A DNA stretch of 64,000 nt from Parasulfuritortus sp. (GTDB lineage: Bacteria; Pseudomonadota; Gammaproteobacteria; Burkholderiales; Thiobacillaceae), in assembly GCA_031291185.1 (NCBI GenBank), contig JARLJM010000160.1, positions 3,137 through 67,136 on the forward strand, in the 5' to 3' direction. The translations under genes were made by a program, and so were the position numbers. The notes under the pieces were generated by a model that was not told the DNA's origin, did no database searches, and saw only the letters and a list, made by a program, of their open reading frames with translations. Positions 37,142-46,644 of this stretch are shown here, one piece after another. Positions within the stretch are counted from its first letter, which is position 1; each line of letters starts with the position of its first letter.

Positions 37142-39642
37142 AGCGGTCCTGGCTGCAGCGCCCCTTCCTGGCGGTCTGGCTCTGGCTCGTCGCCTTGCTG
37201 CTGTGCGGGGTCTTGATCAGCCGCGCCAGCTTTACCGCCGATCTGTCGGCGTTTTTGCCCAAGGCGCCGACGCCCGAGCAGCGGCTGCTGGTCGATCAGC
37301 TGCGCGATGGCGTGGTGTCGCGGCTGATTCTGGTGGGCATCGAAGGGGCCGACGTGCCCACCCGCGCCGCGCTGTCCAAGGCCATGGCCCGGCAACTTCG
37401 GCTTGACAACCGTTTCAGCACCGTCAGCAATGGTGAGGCCGTGGCGCAGGAGCGCGACCAGGCCTTTTTGTTTGAGCACCGCTACCAGCTCAGTCCCGCC
37501 ATGACGCCCGCGCACTTCAGCGTGGAGGGACTGCGCAGCGCGGTGGGCGACACGCTCGACCTGCTGGCGTCGCCCGCCGGCCTGCTGGTCAAATCGATCC
37601 TGCCGCGCGACCCGACCGGCGAATTTCCGCTGTTGCTGGAGCAGTTCGCGGGCGACGCGGCCGGTGGTGCGAGCCGGCCGCAGTCGGCGGGCGGTGTGTG
37701 GGCCTCGCGCGATGGCCGGCGCGCCCTGCTGCTGCTGCAAACGCGGGCGTCGGGTTCGGACACCAACGGTCAGGAACAGGCCATGGCCGCCGTGCGCGCC
37801 GCCTTCGCCGCGGCGCAGCAGGAAACCGCCCGCGCGGCCTCATCCGCCGCCTCGGCAACGCTGGTCATGACCGGGCCCGGCGTGTTCGCGGTGAATGTCC
37901 GCGAGGTGATCAAAAAAGAAGTCACGCGCCTGTCTGCCATCAGCATTGCGCTGATCGTGACGCTGCTGCTGTTGATCTACCGCTCGGTGCGGACTCTGGC
38001 GCTGGGCCTGCTGCCGGTGGTGTCCGGGGCGATGGCGGGCGTGGCGGCGGTGAGTCTGGGGTTTGGTGCGGTGCATGGCATCACGCTCGGGTTCGGCACC
38101 ACCCTGATCGGCGAGGCCGTGGACTATTCGATTTACCTGTTCGTCCAGTCGGAGCAGACGGCCGCGTCCAATCGCCACTGGGTGCGCCGGTTCTGGCCGA
38201 CAATCCGGCTCGGCGTGCTGACCTCGGTGTTCGGCTTTGCCTCGCTGCTGCTGTCGGGCTTTCCGGGGCTGGCGCAGCTGGGCCTGTACTCCATCACGGG
38301 GCTGCTGACGGCGGCGGCCGTCACGCGCTTTGTGCTTCCAGTGCTGCTGCCCCGGGATTTTCGCGTGCGCGACGTGTCCCGGCTGGGCCGGGGCCTGGCG
38401 CGCGTGGTGCAACGCGCCGGCGTGCTGCGCTGGGGCGTCGCCGGCCTGCTGGTGGCGGCGTGCGTGACCCTGGCGCTGCACCGGCAGACCCTGTGGAACA
38501 ACGAGCTGTCGGCGCTCAGCCCGGTGTCGGCCGCGGACCAGACGCTCGATGCGTCGCTGCGGGCCGACCTGGGCGCGCCCGATGTGCGCTACCTCGTGGT
38601 GGTGTCGGGCAGCGCGCAGGAAAGCGTGCTGCACGCAGCCGAGTCTGTGGTGACGGCGTTGCAGCCGCTGGTGCAGACGAACGCGATCGCCGGGGTGGAC
38701 AGCCCGACCACCCTGTTGCCCAGCGGCGCCACCCAGCAGGCCCGGCTGGCGAGCCTGCCGGAGCCGGCGGAATTAACGCAGCGCCTGACCCAGGCGCTCG
38801 CCACCCTGCCGATACGGCCGGAGCGCCTGGCGCCATTCCTGGCGGATGCGCAGGCAGCGCGGCATCTGCGCCCGGTCGAGCGATCGGACCTCGATGGCAC
38901 GTCGCTGGCGGTGGCGGTGGATGGCATGCTGCTGCACCGCGCTGCAGACAAAGACGGGCCTGCGAGCTGGAGCGCGTTTCTGCCCTTGCACGCGCCCGTG
39001 GCCGCGGGCGGCACTGGTGCCGGCGTGATCGACCCGGCCCGCATTCGCCGCGCGTTGTCCGCCTTCGATCAGGCGGATACCGGCGCCAGCGTCCTGTTCG
39101 TCGACGTCAAGGGCGAGGCCGATCAGCTGTACAGCGGTTACCTGCACGAGGCCATCGTGCTGTCGCTGGCGGGGCTCGCGGCGATCGCGGTGCTGCTGCT
39201 GGTCGCGCTGCGCTCGCCCGCAAGCGTGTTGCGCGTGCTGGCGCCGCTGGCCGGCGCGGTGCTGACGGTGGCCGCCGGGCTGGCGCTCGCGGGCCAGCAC
39301 CTGACGATTTTGCATCTGGTCGGCCTGTTGCTGATCGTGGCCGTGGGTTCCAACTACGCGCTGTTTTTCAATCGGCGCCAGCAGTCTAGTCAAGAGGGTC
39401 CGGATGCTGCCCCGGATATCGACGAGGACGCCCAGGGCGGCATCACGCCGCGCACGCTGGCCTCGCTGCTGTTCGCCAATCTCACCACCGTCGCCGGCTT
39501 TGGCGTGCTGGCCTTCTCCAGCGTCCCGGTATTGCAGGCAATGGGCGTCACGGTGGGGCCAGGCGCGATTCTGGCGCTGCTGTTCTCGGCTATTTTTGCC
39601 GGGCAGCGGCCGCTGGTGCAGCGTTTTCCGGAAGCCATCTGA
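37138..39642 (+). CDS. MMPL/RND-family lipid exporter
   Basis: GFGTTLIGEAVDYSIY and VAVGSNYALFF in two TM repeats. Confidence 0.87.
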   Translation: MKRSWLQRPFLAVWLWLVALLLCGVLISRASFTADLSAFLPKAPTPEQRLLVDQLRDGVVSRLILVGIEGADVPTRAALSKAMARQLRLDNRFSTVSNGEAVAQERDQAFLFEHRYQLSPAMTPAHFSVEGLRSAVGDTLDLLASPAGLLVKSILPRDPTGEFPLLLEQFAGDAAGGASRPQSAGGVWASRDGRRALLLLQTRASGSDTNGQEQAMAAVRAAFAAAQQETARAASSAASATLVMTGPGVFAVNVREVIKKEVTRLSAISIALIVTLLLLIYRSVRTLALGLLPVVSGAMAGVAAVSLGFGAVHGITLGFGTTLIGEAVDYSIYLFVQSEQTAASNRHWVRRFWPTIRLGVLTSVFGFASLLLSGFPGLAQLGLYSITGLLTAAAVTRFVLPVLLPRDFRVRDVSRLGRGLARVVQRAGVLRWGVAGLLVAACVTLALHRQTLWNNELSALSPVSAADQTLDASLRADLGAPDVRYLVVVSGSAQESVLHAAESVVTALQPLVQTNAIAGVDSPTTLLPSGATQQARLASLPEPAELTQRLTQALATLPIRPERLAPFLADAQAARHLRPVERSDLDGTSLAVAVDGMLLHRAADKDGPASWSAFLPLHAPVAAGGTGAGVIDPARIRRALSAFDQADTGASVLFVDVKGEADQLYSGYLHEAIVLSLAGLAAIAVLLLVALRSPASVLRVLAPLAGAVLTVAAGLALAGQHLTILHLVGLLLIVAVGSNYALFFNRRQQSSQEGPDAAPDIDEDAQGGITPRTLASLLFANLTTVAGFGVLAFSSVPVLQAMGVTVGPGAILALLFSAIFAGQRPLVQRFPEAI

Positions 39643-39645
39643 GCC

Positions 39646-40461
39646 ATGGCGATGCAGACTCCGGTCAAACGCTGGCAACCCACCCCGCTCCTGTGGGCTT
39701 CGCTGGGGCTGCACGCGGCGGCGCTGATCGCCGTGCTGGCGCGGCCCGCGGTCTGGCCCTGGGCGATCGGCGCGCTGCTCGTCAACCATGCCGTGCTCAG
39801 TCTCGCGGGCCTGTTGCCGCGCTGCCCATGGCTTGGCGCCAACTGGACGCGCCTGCCGGCCGCGGCGGCGGCGCGCGGCGAAATCGCCCTGACCATCGAC
39901 GATGGCCCGGACCCGCTGGTCACGCCCGCGGTGCTCGACCTGCTGGAGCGCTACAGCGCAAAAGCCACCTTCTTCTGCATCGGCACGCAGGCCGCGCGCT
40001 ACCCCGAACTGTGCCGCGACATCGTGCGCCGCGGGCACGCCATCGAGAACCACAGCCAAACCCATGGCTACGGTTTTGCGCTGCAGGGACCGCGCGGTTT
40101 TTTGCGCGAACTGCAGACGGCCCAGCAAACGCTCACGGCCATCACTGGCGAGCCGCCCGTCTTCTTCAGGGCTCCCGCCGGTCTGCGCAACCCGTTTCTG
40201 GACCCGGTGCTGCAGCGCCTGGGCCTGCAGCTGGCCAGCTGGAGCCGGCGCGCCTACGATACCCGCAATGGCGATGCGCAGGCCGTGTTGCGCATCCTGA
40301 CCCGTTCGCTGCGCGCGGGCGACATCCTGTTGCTGCACGACCGCCATGCCGCGCTCACCCCGCAAGGCACGCCGGTCATCCTGGCCGTGCTGCCGCCGCT
40401 GCTGCAGGCCGTGGCGGCTGCCCATTTGAAGTGCGTGACCCTGCGCGCGGCGCTGGTGTGA
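39646..40461 (+). CDS. Polysaccharide deacetylase (NodB domain)
   Basis: LTIDDGP, ENHSQTH, FRAPAG and ILLLHD motifs. Confidence 0.9.
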   Translation: MAMQTPVKRWQPTPLLWASLGLHAAALIAVLARPAVWPWAIGALLVNHAVLSLAGLLPRCPWLGANWTRLPAAAAARGEIALTIDDGPDPLVTPAVLDLLERYSAKATFFCIGTQAARYPELCRDIVRRGHAIENHSQTHGYGFALQGPRGFLRELQTAQQTLTAITGEPPVFFRAPAGLRNPFLDPVLQRLGLQLASWSRRAYDTRNGDAQAVLRILTRSLRAGDILLLHDRHAALTPQGTPVILAVLPPLLQAVAAAHLKCVTLRAALV

Positions 40462-40523
40462 ACGCCCTTGTGCGGCGCCCCGTTTGCTAAACTGGATTGA
40501 CTGTCCAACACCGGCCCCGCCTC

Positions 40524-41720
40524 GTGCAACCCCTTCTGCTATCGCACTTCACCACGACCAGCTGCATCGGCCGCGGGCTGGCCCCGACCCTGGCGTCATT
40601 GCGCGAGCGGCGCAGCGGCCTGCAGCCGTGCGACTTCGAGGGCGCCGACCTGGCGACCTGGACCGGTTCGGTGGCGGGGGTCGACGACGAGGTGCTGCGC
40701 GACGATTTGCGTGCCTACGACTGCCGCAACAACCGGCTGGCGCAACTCGGTTTGCGCCAGGACGGTTTCGAGCAGGCCGTGCATCGGACCGTCGCGCGGG
40801 TCGGTCGCCAGCGCATGGGCGTTTTTCTCGGGACCAGCACCGCGGGGATCCTGCAAACCGAACTGGCCTACCGGCGCCGCGATCCGGTCAGCGGCGCCTT
40901 GCCGGCTGACTTCAATTACGCCACCACGCACAACCCGTATTCGGTGTCCGCTTTCGTGCGTGGCTTCTTCGGGCTCGAAGGTCCGGCCATGGCCGTCTCG
41001 TCGGCCTGCTCGTCCAGCGCCAAGGTGTTCGCCTCGGCGCGGCGCATGCTGGAGGCCGGCTTGATCGATGCGGCCATCGTCGGCGGTGTCGACTCGCTGT
41101 GCCTGACCACGCTGTGCGGCTTCAACTCGCTCGGCCTGCTCTCCAGCCGCCCGTGCCGGCCGTTCGATGTCAACCGCGACGGCATCTCGATCGGCGAGGC
41201 GGCGGCCTTCATCCTGCTCGAGCGGGTCCCAAGCAGCCTGGATGCGAACGCGGTGCTGCTGCGCGGCGTCGGCGAGTCGAGCGACGCGCATCATATGTCG
41301 TCGCCCCACCCGCAAGGGCTGGGCGCGCGCCTGGCCATGCAGCAGGCGCTGGCGAGCGCCGGCCTGCAGGCCCCGCAGATCGGCTACATCAACCTGCACG
41401 GAACGGCCACGCCGGGCAACGATGCGGCCGAAGGCCAGGCCGTGGTGGCCCTGTTCGGCGAGCTTGCGACGCCGTGCAGTTCGACCAAGGGCGCGACCGG
41501 CCATACGCTGGGCGCCGCGGGCGCGCTGGAAGCCGTCATCAGTGCGCTGGCGCTGCAACAGGGCCTGATGCCCGGCGGCGCCAACACCGAGCAGCTGGAT
41601 CCGGCGATTGCCGTCAACTACCTGATGGGCAACCGCGAGCAGCCGGTGAGTAGCGTGCTGAGCAATTCCTTTGGCTTTGGCGGCACCAATTGCAGCCTCG
41701 TTTTCAGCCGGGCCGGCTAA
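40524..41720 (+). CDS. Beta-ketoacyl-ACP synthase
   Basis: SSACSSS (Cys), HGTAT, KGATGHTLGAAG and SFGFGG motifs; start GTG 40524 or TTG 40497. Confidence 0.92.
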   Translation: MQPLLLSHFTTTSCIGRGLAPTLASLRERRSGLQPCDFEGADLATWTGSVAGVDDEVLRDDLRAYDCRNNRLAQLGLRQDGFEQAVHRTVARVGRQRMGVFLGTSTAGILQTELAYRRRDPVSGALPADFNYATTHNPYSVSAFVRGFFGLEGPAMAVSSACSSSAKVFASARRMLEAGLIDAAIVGGVDSLCLTTLCGFNSLGLLSSRPCRPFDVNRDGISIGEAAAFILLERVPSSLDANAVLLRGVGESSDAHHMSSPHPQGLGARLAMQQALASAGLQAPQIGYINLHGTATPGNDAAEGQAVVALFGELATPCSSTKGATGHTLGAAGALEAVISALALQQGLMPGGANTEQLDPAIAVNYLMGNREQPVSSVLSNSFGFGGTNCSLVFSRAG

Positions 41721-41732
41721 GGGACCTGCGCC

Positions 41733-42569
41733 ATGACACCGCTGTCTCCCGCATCGCCCGCGCCGCTGGTCGTCTACATCGACGGCGTGGGCCTGCTCGG
41801 TCCGGGCATCGACCACTGGGAAGAAGGGCGCCAGCAGCTCGCCGGCCTGGCACCCGCGCGGCGGCAGAAAACCGTGCTTCCCGCGCCGGCCGCGCTGCCC
41901 CCCGCCGAACGGCGGCGCGCCGGGGCGATGGTCAAGCTCGCGCTCGCGGTCGGGCTCGAGGCCCTGCAGGCCGCGGGCCTTGATGCGGCCCAGGTTCCTT
42001 CGGTCTTCGCCTCGTCGGGCGGCGACGGCCTGAACTGCCACGAGATGTGCATGGCGCTGGCGTCCCCTGAAAAGTTCATCTCGCCGACGCGCTTCCACAA
42101 CTCGGTGCACAACGCCGCCTCCGGCTACTGGGGCATTGCCACCGGGTCCATGGCGACCTCGTCGGTGCTGTGCGCCTACGATGGCAGCTTTGCCGCCGGC
42201 TGGCTGGAAGCCGTCGCGCAGGCCGTGGTGGACGGGGTGCCGGTGCTGCTGCTGGCCTACGACACCGACTATCCCGAGCCGCTGCGCAGTGTGCGGCCGG
42301 TGCCCGACACCTTCGGCGTCGCGCTGGTCCTGAGTCCGCAGCGCAGTGCGCGCAGCCTGGCGCGCTGCACGCTGCACGGCGACGCCTGCCTCACCGGTGA
42401 CCCGGCCGACCAGCTGGCGGACCCGGTGCTGGAGCCGCTGCGCCGCGGCATTCCGGCGGCGCGCAGCCTGCCGCTGTTGCGCGCCGTCGCAACGCGTCAG
42501 GCCGGCCGCGTGGTGCTGGACTATCTGGATGGCTTGCAGCTGGCGCTCGACATCGCGCCCTGTGCCTGA
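41733..42569 (+). CDS. Ketosynthase chain-length factor
   Basis: PPAERRR and ISPTRFHNSVHNAA motifs; lacks the catalytic Cys. Confidence 0.85.
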   Translation: MTPLSPASPAPLVVYIDGVGLLGPGIDHWEEGRQQLAGLAPARRQKTVLPAPAALPPAERRRAGAMVKLALAVGLEALQAAGLDAAQVPSVFASSGGDGLNCHEMCMALASPEKFISPTRFHNSVHNAASGYWGIATGSMATSSVLCAYDGSFAAGWLEAVAQAVVDGVPVLLLAYDTDYPEPLRSVRPVPDTFGVALVLSPQRSARSLARCTLHGDACLTGDPADQLADPVLEPLRRGIPAARSLPLLRAVATRQAGRVVLDYLDGLQLALDIAPCA

Positions 42570-42573
42570 TGCC

Positions 42574-43089
42574 ATGTCGATGCCTTCCATCCTTTTGCAG
42601 CAGCTTGAGATTGCCCGGCGCATTCCGCACCAGGGCCGCATGTGCCTGCTCGACGCCGTCATGGCGTGGGACGCCGCGCGCATCGTCTGCCAGGCCAGCA
42701 GCCATCGGGCACCCGACAACCCCCTGCGCGCCGAGGGCCGTCTCGGTGCTGCCTGCGGCGTTGAATATGCCGCGCAGGCCATGGCGCTGCATGGCGCGCT
42801 GCTGGCCGAGTCCGGCGAGGCCGCCTCCGCCGGTGCCGCGCCGCCGCGCGTCGGCTACCTGGCCAGCGTGCGCAGCGTGACCCTGCACGTGCAGCGGCTG
42901 GACACGATTGCGGAGGACCTGACGGTCACGGCCGAGCGCTTGCTCGGTGACGCGAACCACATCCTGTACAGCTTCCGGCTCGAGGCCGGCCCACAGTTGC
43001 TGATCGAGGGCCGCGCGGCCGTGGTGTTAGACGCGGCCCTGCTGCGGCAGCCACCTGAAGCAGCAGCTTATTCAGGAGCATCGCCTTGA
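42574..43089 (+). CDS. Hotdog-fold dehydratase (ApeP-like)
   Basis: IPHQGRMCLLD, VEYAAQA and GYLASVR motifs. Confidence 0.82.
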   Translation: MSMPSILLQQLEIARRIPHQGRMCLLDAVMAWDAARIVCQASSHRAPDNPLRAEGRLGAACGVEYAAQAMALHGALLAESGEAASAGAAPPRVGYLASVRSVTLHVQRLDTIAEDLTVTAERLLGDANHILYSFRLEAGPQLLIEGRAAVVLDAALLRQPPEAAAYSGASP

Positions 43090-43817
43090 CTCCACCCCGC
43101 AAACGAGCGCTCGTCACCGGCGGCAGCGGCGGCATCGGCGCCGCCATCTGCCGGCGGCTGGCCCAGGATGGATTGCTGGTCATCGTCCATGCCAACCGGG
43201 GCCTGGCCGCGGCCCAGGCCGTGGTGGCCGCGATCCGGGCGCAGGGCGGCCAGGCGCAGGCAGTCGCCTTCGATGTGACGGATGCGGCCGCGACGGCTGC
43301 CGCACTGGAGGCGCTGCAGTTAGAGGGGCCGATCCAGGTCATCGTCAACAACGCCGGCATTCACGACGACGCGGTGTTCCCGGGCATGCAGCTGGCGCAG
43401 TGGCAACGCGTGCTGGATGTCTCGCTGAATGGCTTCTTCCATGTGACCCAGCCGTTGACGCTGCCGATGATCCGCACGCGCTGGGGCCGCATCATCAACA
43501 TCACCTCGGTGGCGGCCCTGGCCGGGAATCGCGGCCAGGTCAACTATTCGGCGGCCAAGGGCGCCCTGCACGCCGCCACCAAATCGCTGGCGCTGGAGCT
43601 GGCCAGCCGCGGCATCACGGTGAACGCCGTGGCGCCCGGCATCATCGCCACCGCCATGAGCGAGGCCAGCTTCGACGCCGACGCCATCGCCCGGCTGGTG
43701 CCGATGAAGCGGGCCGGCACGCCCGAGGAGGTGGCCGATCTGGTGGGGTTTCTGGCCAGCGATCGCGCCGCCTACATCAGCGGCCAGGTGATCTCGATCA
43801 ATGGGGGCATGATCTAA
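43086..43817 (+). CDS. fabG: 3-oxoacyl-ACP reductase (cluster-associated)
   Basis: TGGSGGIG, NNAG and YSAAK motifs. Confidence 0.88.
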   Translation: MTPPRKRALVTGGSGGIGAAICRRLAQDGLLVIVHANRGLAAAQAVVAAIRAQGGQAQAVAFDVTDAAATAAALEALQLEGPIQVIVNNAGIHDDAVFPGMQLAQWQRVLDVSLNGFFHVTQPLTLPMIRTRWGRIINITSVAALAGNRGQVNYSAAKGALHAATKSLALELASRGITVNAVAPGIIATAMSEASFDADAIARLVPMKRAGTPEEVADLVGFLASDRAAYISGQVISINGGMI

Positions 43818-43821
43818 GGCC

Positions 43822-44883
43822 ATGCAAGCATTTACCTACTCCTCCAACCCGGCCCGTGTGGTGTTCGGCGCGGGCAGCCTGCAGCACCTGGGGCGCGAGA
43901 TCGACGCCCTGGGCGCCCGCAAGGCGCTGGTGCTGTGCACTCCCGGGCAGCGGCCGCTGGCCGAGCGCTTGGCCGCGCTGCTGGGCGGGCGCTGCGCCGG
44001 TATCTTCGACCGCGCCGTGATGCACGTGCCGATCGAGACCGCGCGCGAGGCACGCGAGGTGGCGCGCAGGGCAGGGGCCGATTGCGCCGTGGCCGTGGGC
44101 GGCGGCTCCACCATCGGGCTCGGCAAGGCGATTGCGCTGGATTCCGGCCTGCCGATCCTGGCCATTCCGACCACCTACGCCGGCTCGGAGATGACGCCGA
44201 TCTACGGCATCACCGAAGCCGGCCTCAAGAAGACCGGCAAGGACGCGCGCGTGCTGCCGCGCACCGTGTTCTACGACCCCGAACTCACGATCGGCCTGCC
44301 GGTGACTGTGAGCGTGACCAGCGGCCTCAACGCCATCGCGCATGCCGCTGAAGGACTCTACGCCGCAGACGGCAACCCCATCATGGATTTGATGGCCCAG
44401 GAGGGTATAGCCGCCATCGGACGGGCACTTCCTGCTATCAAAATCAAAGCAGACGATAGGCAGGCGCGCAGCGACGCGTTGTACGGCGCCTGGCTGTGCG
44501 GCACGGTGCTCGGCCACGTCGGCATGGCGCTGCATCACAAGCTGTGCCACACGCTGGGCGGCAGCTTCAACCTGCCCCATGCCGAGACCCACGCCATCGT
44601 GCTGCCGCATGCGCTGGCCTACAACGCCAAAGCGGCGCCGCTGGCCATGCAGCGCATTGCCCGGGCCCTGCAGGCCGACTCGGCGCCGCAGGCGGTGTTT
44701 GATCTGGCCCGAGACAATGGCGCGCCGGGGGCCTTGAAAGACATCGGCATGAAAGCGGCCGATCTTGACAAGGCCTGCGACCTGGCCCTGCAAAACCAGT
44801 ATCCGAACCCCCGTCCGCTGGAGCGCGCGGCCATCCGGCAGCTGCTGCAGGACGCGTTCGACGGCGTGCGGCCGGCCGCCTGA
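43822..44883 (+). CDS. Maleylacetate reductase
   Basis: GGGSTIGLGKA, PTTYAGSEMT and MALHHKLCHTLGG motifs. Confidence 0.92.
   Translation: MQAFTYSSNPARVVFGAGSLQHLGREIDALGARKALVLCTPGQRPLAERLAALLGGRCAGIFDRAVMHVPIETAREAREVARRAGADCAVAVGGGSTIGLGKAIALDSGLPILAIPTTYAGSEMTPIYGITEAGLKKTGKDARVLPRTVFYDPELTIGLPVTVSVTSGLNAIAHAAEGLYAADGNPIMDLMAQEGIAAIGRALPAIKIKADDRQARSDALYGAWLCGTVLGHVGMALHHKLCHTLGGSFNLPHAETHAIVLPHALAYNAKAAPLAMQRIARALQADSAPQAVFDLARDNGAPGALKDIGMKAADLDKACDLALQNQYPNPRPLERAAIRQLLQDAFDGVRPAA
44395..44450 (-). repeat. 56-bp spaced motif, copy 10 (inside the maleylacetate reductase gene; last box absent)
   Basis: Reverse complement: GCT TTGATTTTGAT AGC N18 GGCGGCT. Confidence 0.65.
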
Positions 44884-44918
44884 TTCATTGAACCCTCAAC
44901 GCCCCCAAGGAGACAACC

Positions 44919-45749
44919 ATGCGCAATCTCAACCAGGACAACCTCACCGAGGCCGTCATCGCCCGCCTGGCCGACACGCCGGACCCGCGCCTGAAGGAAA
45001 TCATGACGGCGCTGGTGCAGCATCTGCATGACTTCGCGCGCGAGGTCAAGCTGACCGAGGCCGAGTGGTTCAAGGGCATCGAGTTCCTCACGGCCACCGG
45101 GCATAAATGCACCGGCACGCGCCAGGAGTTCATCCTGCTCAGCGACGTGCTGGGCCTGTCGATGCTCACCGTCGCGATGAACAACGACAAGCCCCGGGGC
45201 TGCACCGAGGCCACGGTGTTCGGCCCGTTCTACGTGGAAGGCGCGCCGCACTACGAGAACGGCGCCGACGTGGCCAACGGTGCCAGCGGCACGCCCTGCC
45301 AGGTGCGCGGCAACGTGCGCGGCCTGAACGGTGAGCCCGTGGCCCACGCCACCATCGAGGTCTGGCAGGCCGATGACGAGGGGTTTTACGACGTGCAGAA
45401 ACCCGGCCTCGATCACGCACAGGCGCGTGGCGTGCTGAACGCGCGCGGCGACGGCAGCTTCGACTTCAAGACCATCGTGGCCGAGGCCTACCCGATCCCG
45501 ACCGATGGCCCGGTGGGCGACATGCTCAGGGCCACGAAACGCCACCCGTGGCGTCCCGCGCATCTGCACTTCATGATCCAGGCCGAGGGCTACGAGACGC
45601 TGATCACCCATGTCTTTCGCAACGGCGACCCCTACCTCGACTCCGACGCCGTATTCGGCGTGCGCCAGTCGCTGGTGGCGGACTGGGTGAAGCAGCCCGA
45701 TGGCAGCTACCTGCTGGAATACGACTTTGTGCTGAACCCGCTCCGCTGA
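44919..45749 (+). CDS. Intradiol dioxygenase, hydroxyquinol 1,2-dioxygenase type
   Basis: RQEFILLSDVLGLS, GPFY, FYDVQ and WRPAHLHF iron-ligand motifs; follows maleylacetate reductase. Confidence 0.9.
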   Translation: MRNLNQDNLTEAVIARLADTPDPRLKEIMTALVQHLHDFAREVKLTEAEWFKGIEFLTATGHKCTGTRQEFILLSDVLGLSMLTVAMNNDKPRGCTEATVFGPFYVEGAPHYENGADVANGASGTPCQVRGNVRGLNGEPVAHATIEVWQADDEGFYDVQKPGLDHAQARGVLNARGDGSFDFKTIVAEAYPIPTDGPVGDMLRATKRHPWRPAHLHFMIQAEGYETLITHVFRNGDPYLDSDAVFGVRQSLVADWVKQPDGSYLLEYDFVLNPLR

Positions 45750-45765
45750 GGCGCAGGCGTTCACT

Positions 45766-45834
45766 GGCCCCCACGCTTGTCGCTGCGCGTACTACGCTGC
45801 CCCCCGAGGGGGCCGAACTTGCTCGGGGCGGCCC
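45766..45834 (-). repeat. REP-like palindromic repeat family 1 (69 bp)
   Basis: Reverse complement of 11203-11271 and 20471-20539; lies between convergent genes. Confidence 0.9.
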
Positions 45835-45855
45835 TTCGCCGCGTTAGCCGACCTC

Positions 45856-46644
45856 TTAACGGCCTCTCAGGCGCCGCACCAGCAGCCAGGGCAGGCGCAG
45901 GACAAAGCCGAGCAGCAGGCGGCCGTGCATCCAGGTCAGCAGCGCGTTGTCGCGCCAATAGTTGAAGTGCGAGACGCCGCCTTCGTCCGCGCGGAAATAC
46001 TGGACGCGGGCCGGCAGATTCACCGCCGGCACGCCGCGCCAGCACAGGCGCACCACGGCCTCGGGGTCGAAGTCGAAGCGCCGCATCCAGTGGTGCCCGT
46101 GCATCACCTGGCGCAGCGGCGCGATCGGGTACACGCGAAAACCGAACAGCGAATCGCCGATGCCGGCCCACAGGGTTTCCAGGTTGGCCCAGCCGTTGGA
46201 GAGCTTGCGGCCCTGCACGCGCAGGCGTGGCGCGCTGGCGTCGAACACCGGCACGCCCAGCACCATGGCCTGCGGCTGCCGGTCCGAGGCGGCCATGAAG
46301 TCTGGAATCAGTTCGGCCGGATGCTGGCCGTCCGAGTCCAGGGTCAGCACGTGCGTGAAGCCCTGGGCGGCGGCGGCATCGATGCCGTGCAGCACGGCGG
46401 CGCCCTTGCCCACGTTGCGCGGCAGCACAAGGACGCGCAAGCCGGCATCCTGCCTGGCGAGGGCCTGCAAGCCCTCGGCGCTGCCATCGGTGCTGCCATC
46501 GACCACGACCCATACCGGCGTCCATTGGGCGCGCGCGGCGCGCACGGTGTCGTACACCTTGGGGCCCGGGTTGTAGCTCGGAATCAGGACCAGGTGCGTG
46601 CTGGAAGTCGCTGGCCGCGCCGCGGCGCCCGAATCATCCGTCAT
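45856..46644 (-). CDS. Glycosyltransferase family 2
   Basis: LIPSYN, VDGSTD, NVGKG, LDSDGQH and GFRVYP motifs; ATG 46644 overlaps the upstream stop. Confidence 0.9.
   Translation of the reverse strand: MTDDSGAAARPATSSTHLVLIPSYNPGPKVYDTVRAARAQWTPVWVVVDGSTDGSAEGLQALARQDAGLRVLVLPRNVGKGAAVLHGIDAAAAQGFTHVLTLDSDGQHPAELIPDFMAASDRQPQAMVLGVPVFDASAPRLRVQGRKLSNGWANLETLWAGIGDSLFGFRVYPIAPLRQVMHGHHWMRRFDFDPEAVVRLCWRGVPAVNLPARVQYFRADEGGVSHFNYWRDNALLTWMHGRLLLGFVLRLPWLLVRRLRGR

Noticed and set aside
43035-43080. Possible 15th copy of the spaced motif at the dehydratase/fabG junction
   Set aside because: The inner arm is GCAGC rather than GCTAY and the GGGC box is 21 nt away rather than 18; too degenerate to count.
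11203-45834. Repeats as a CRISPR array or integron attC cassettes
   Set aside because: Copies are dispersed kilobases apart with no repeat-spacer period, no cas or intI gene, and no RYYYAAC/GTTRRRY ends.
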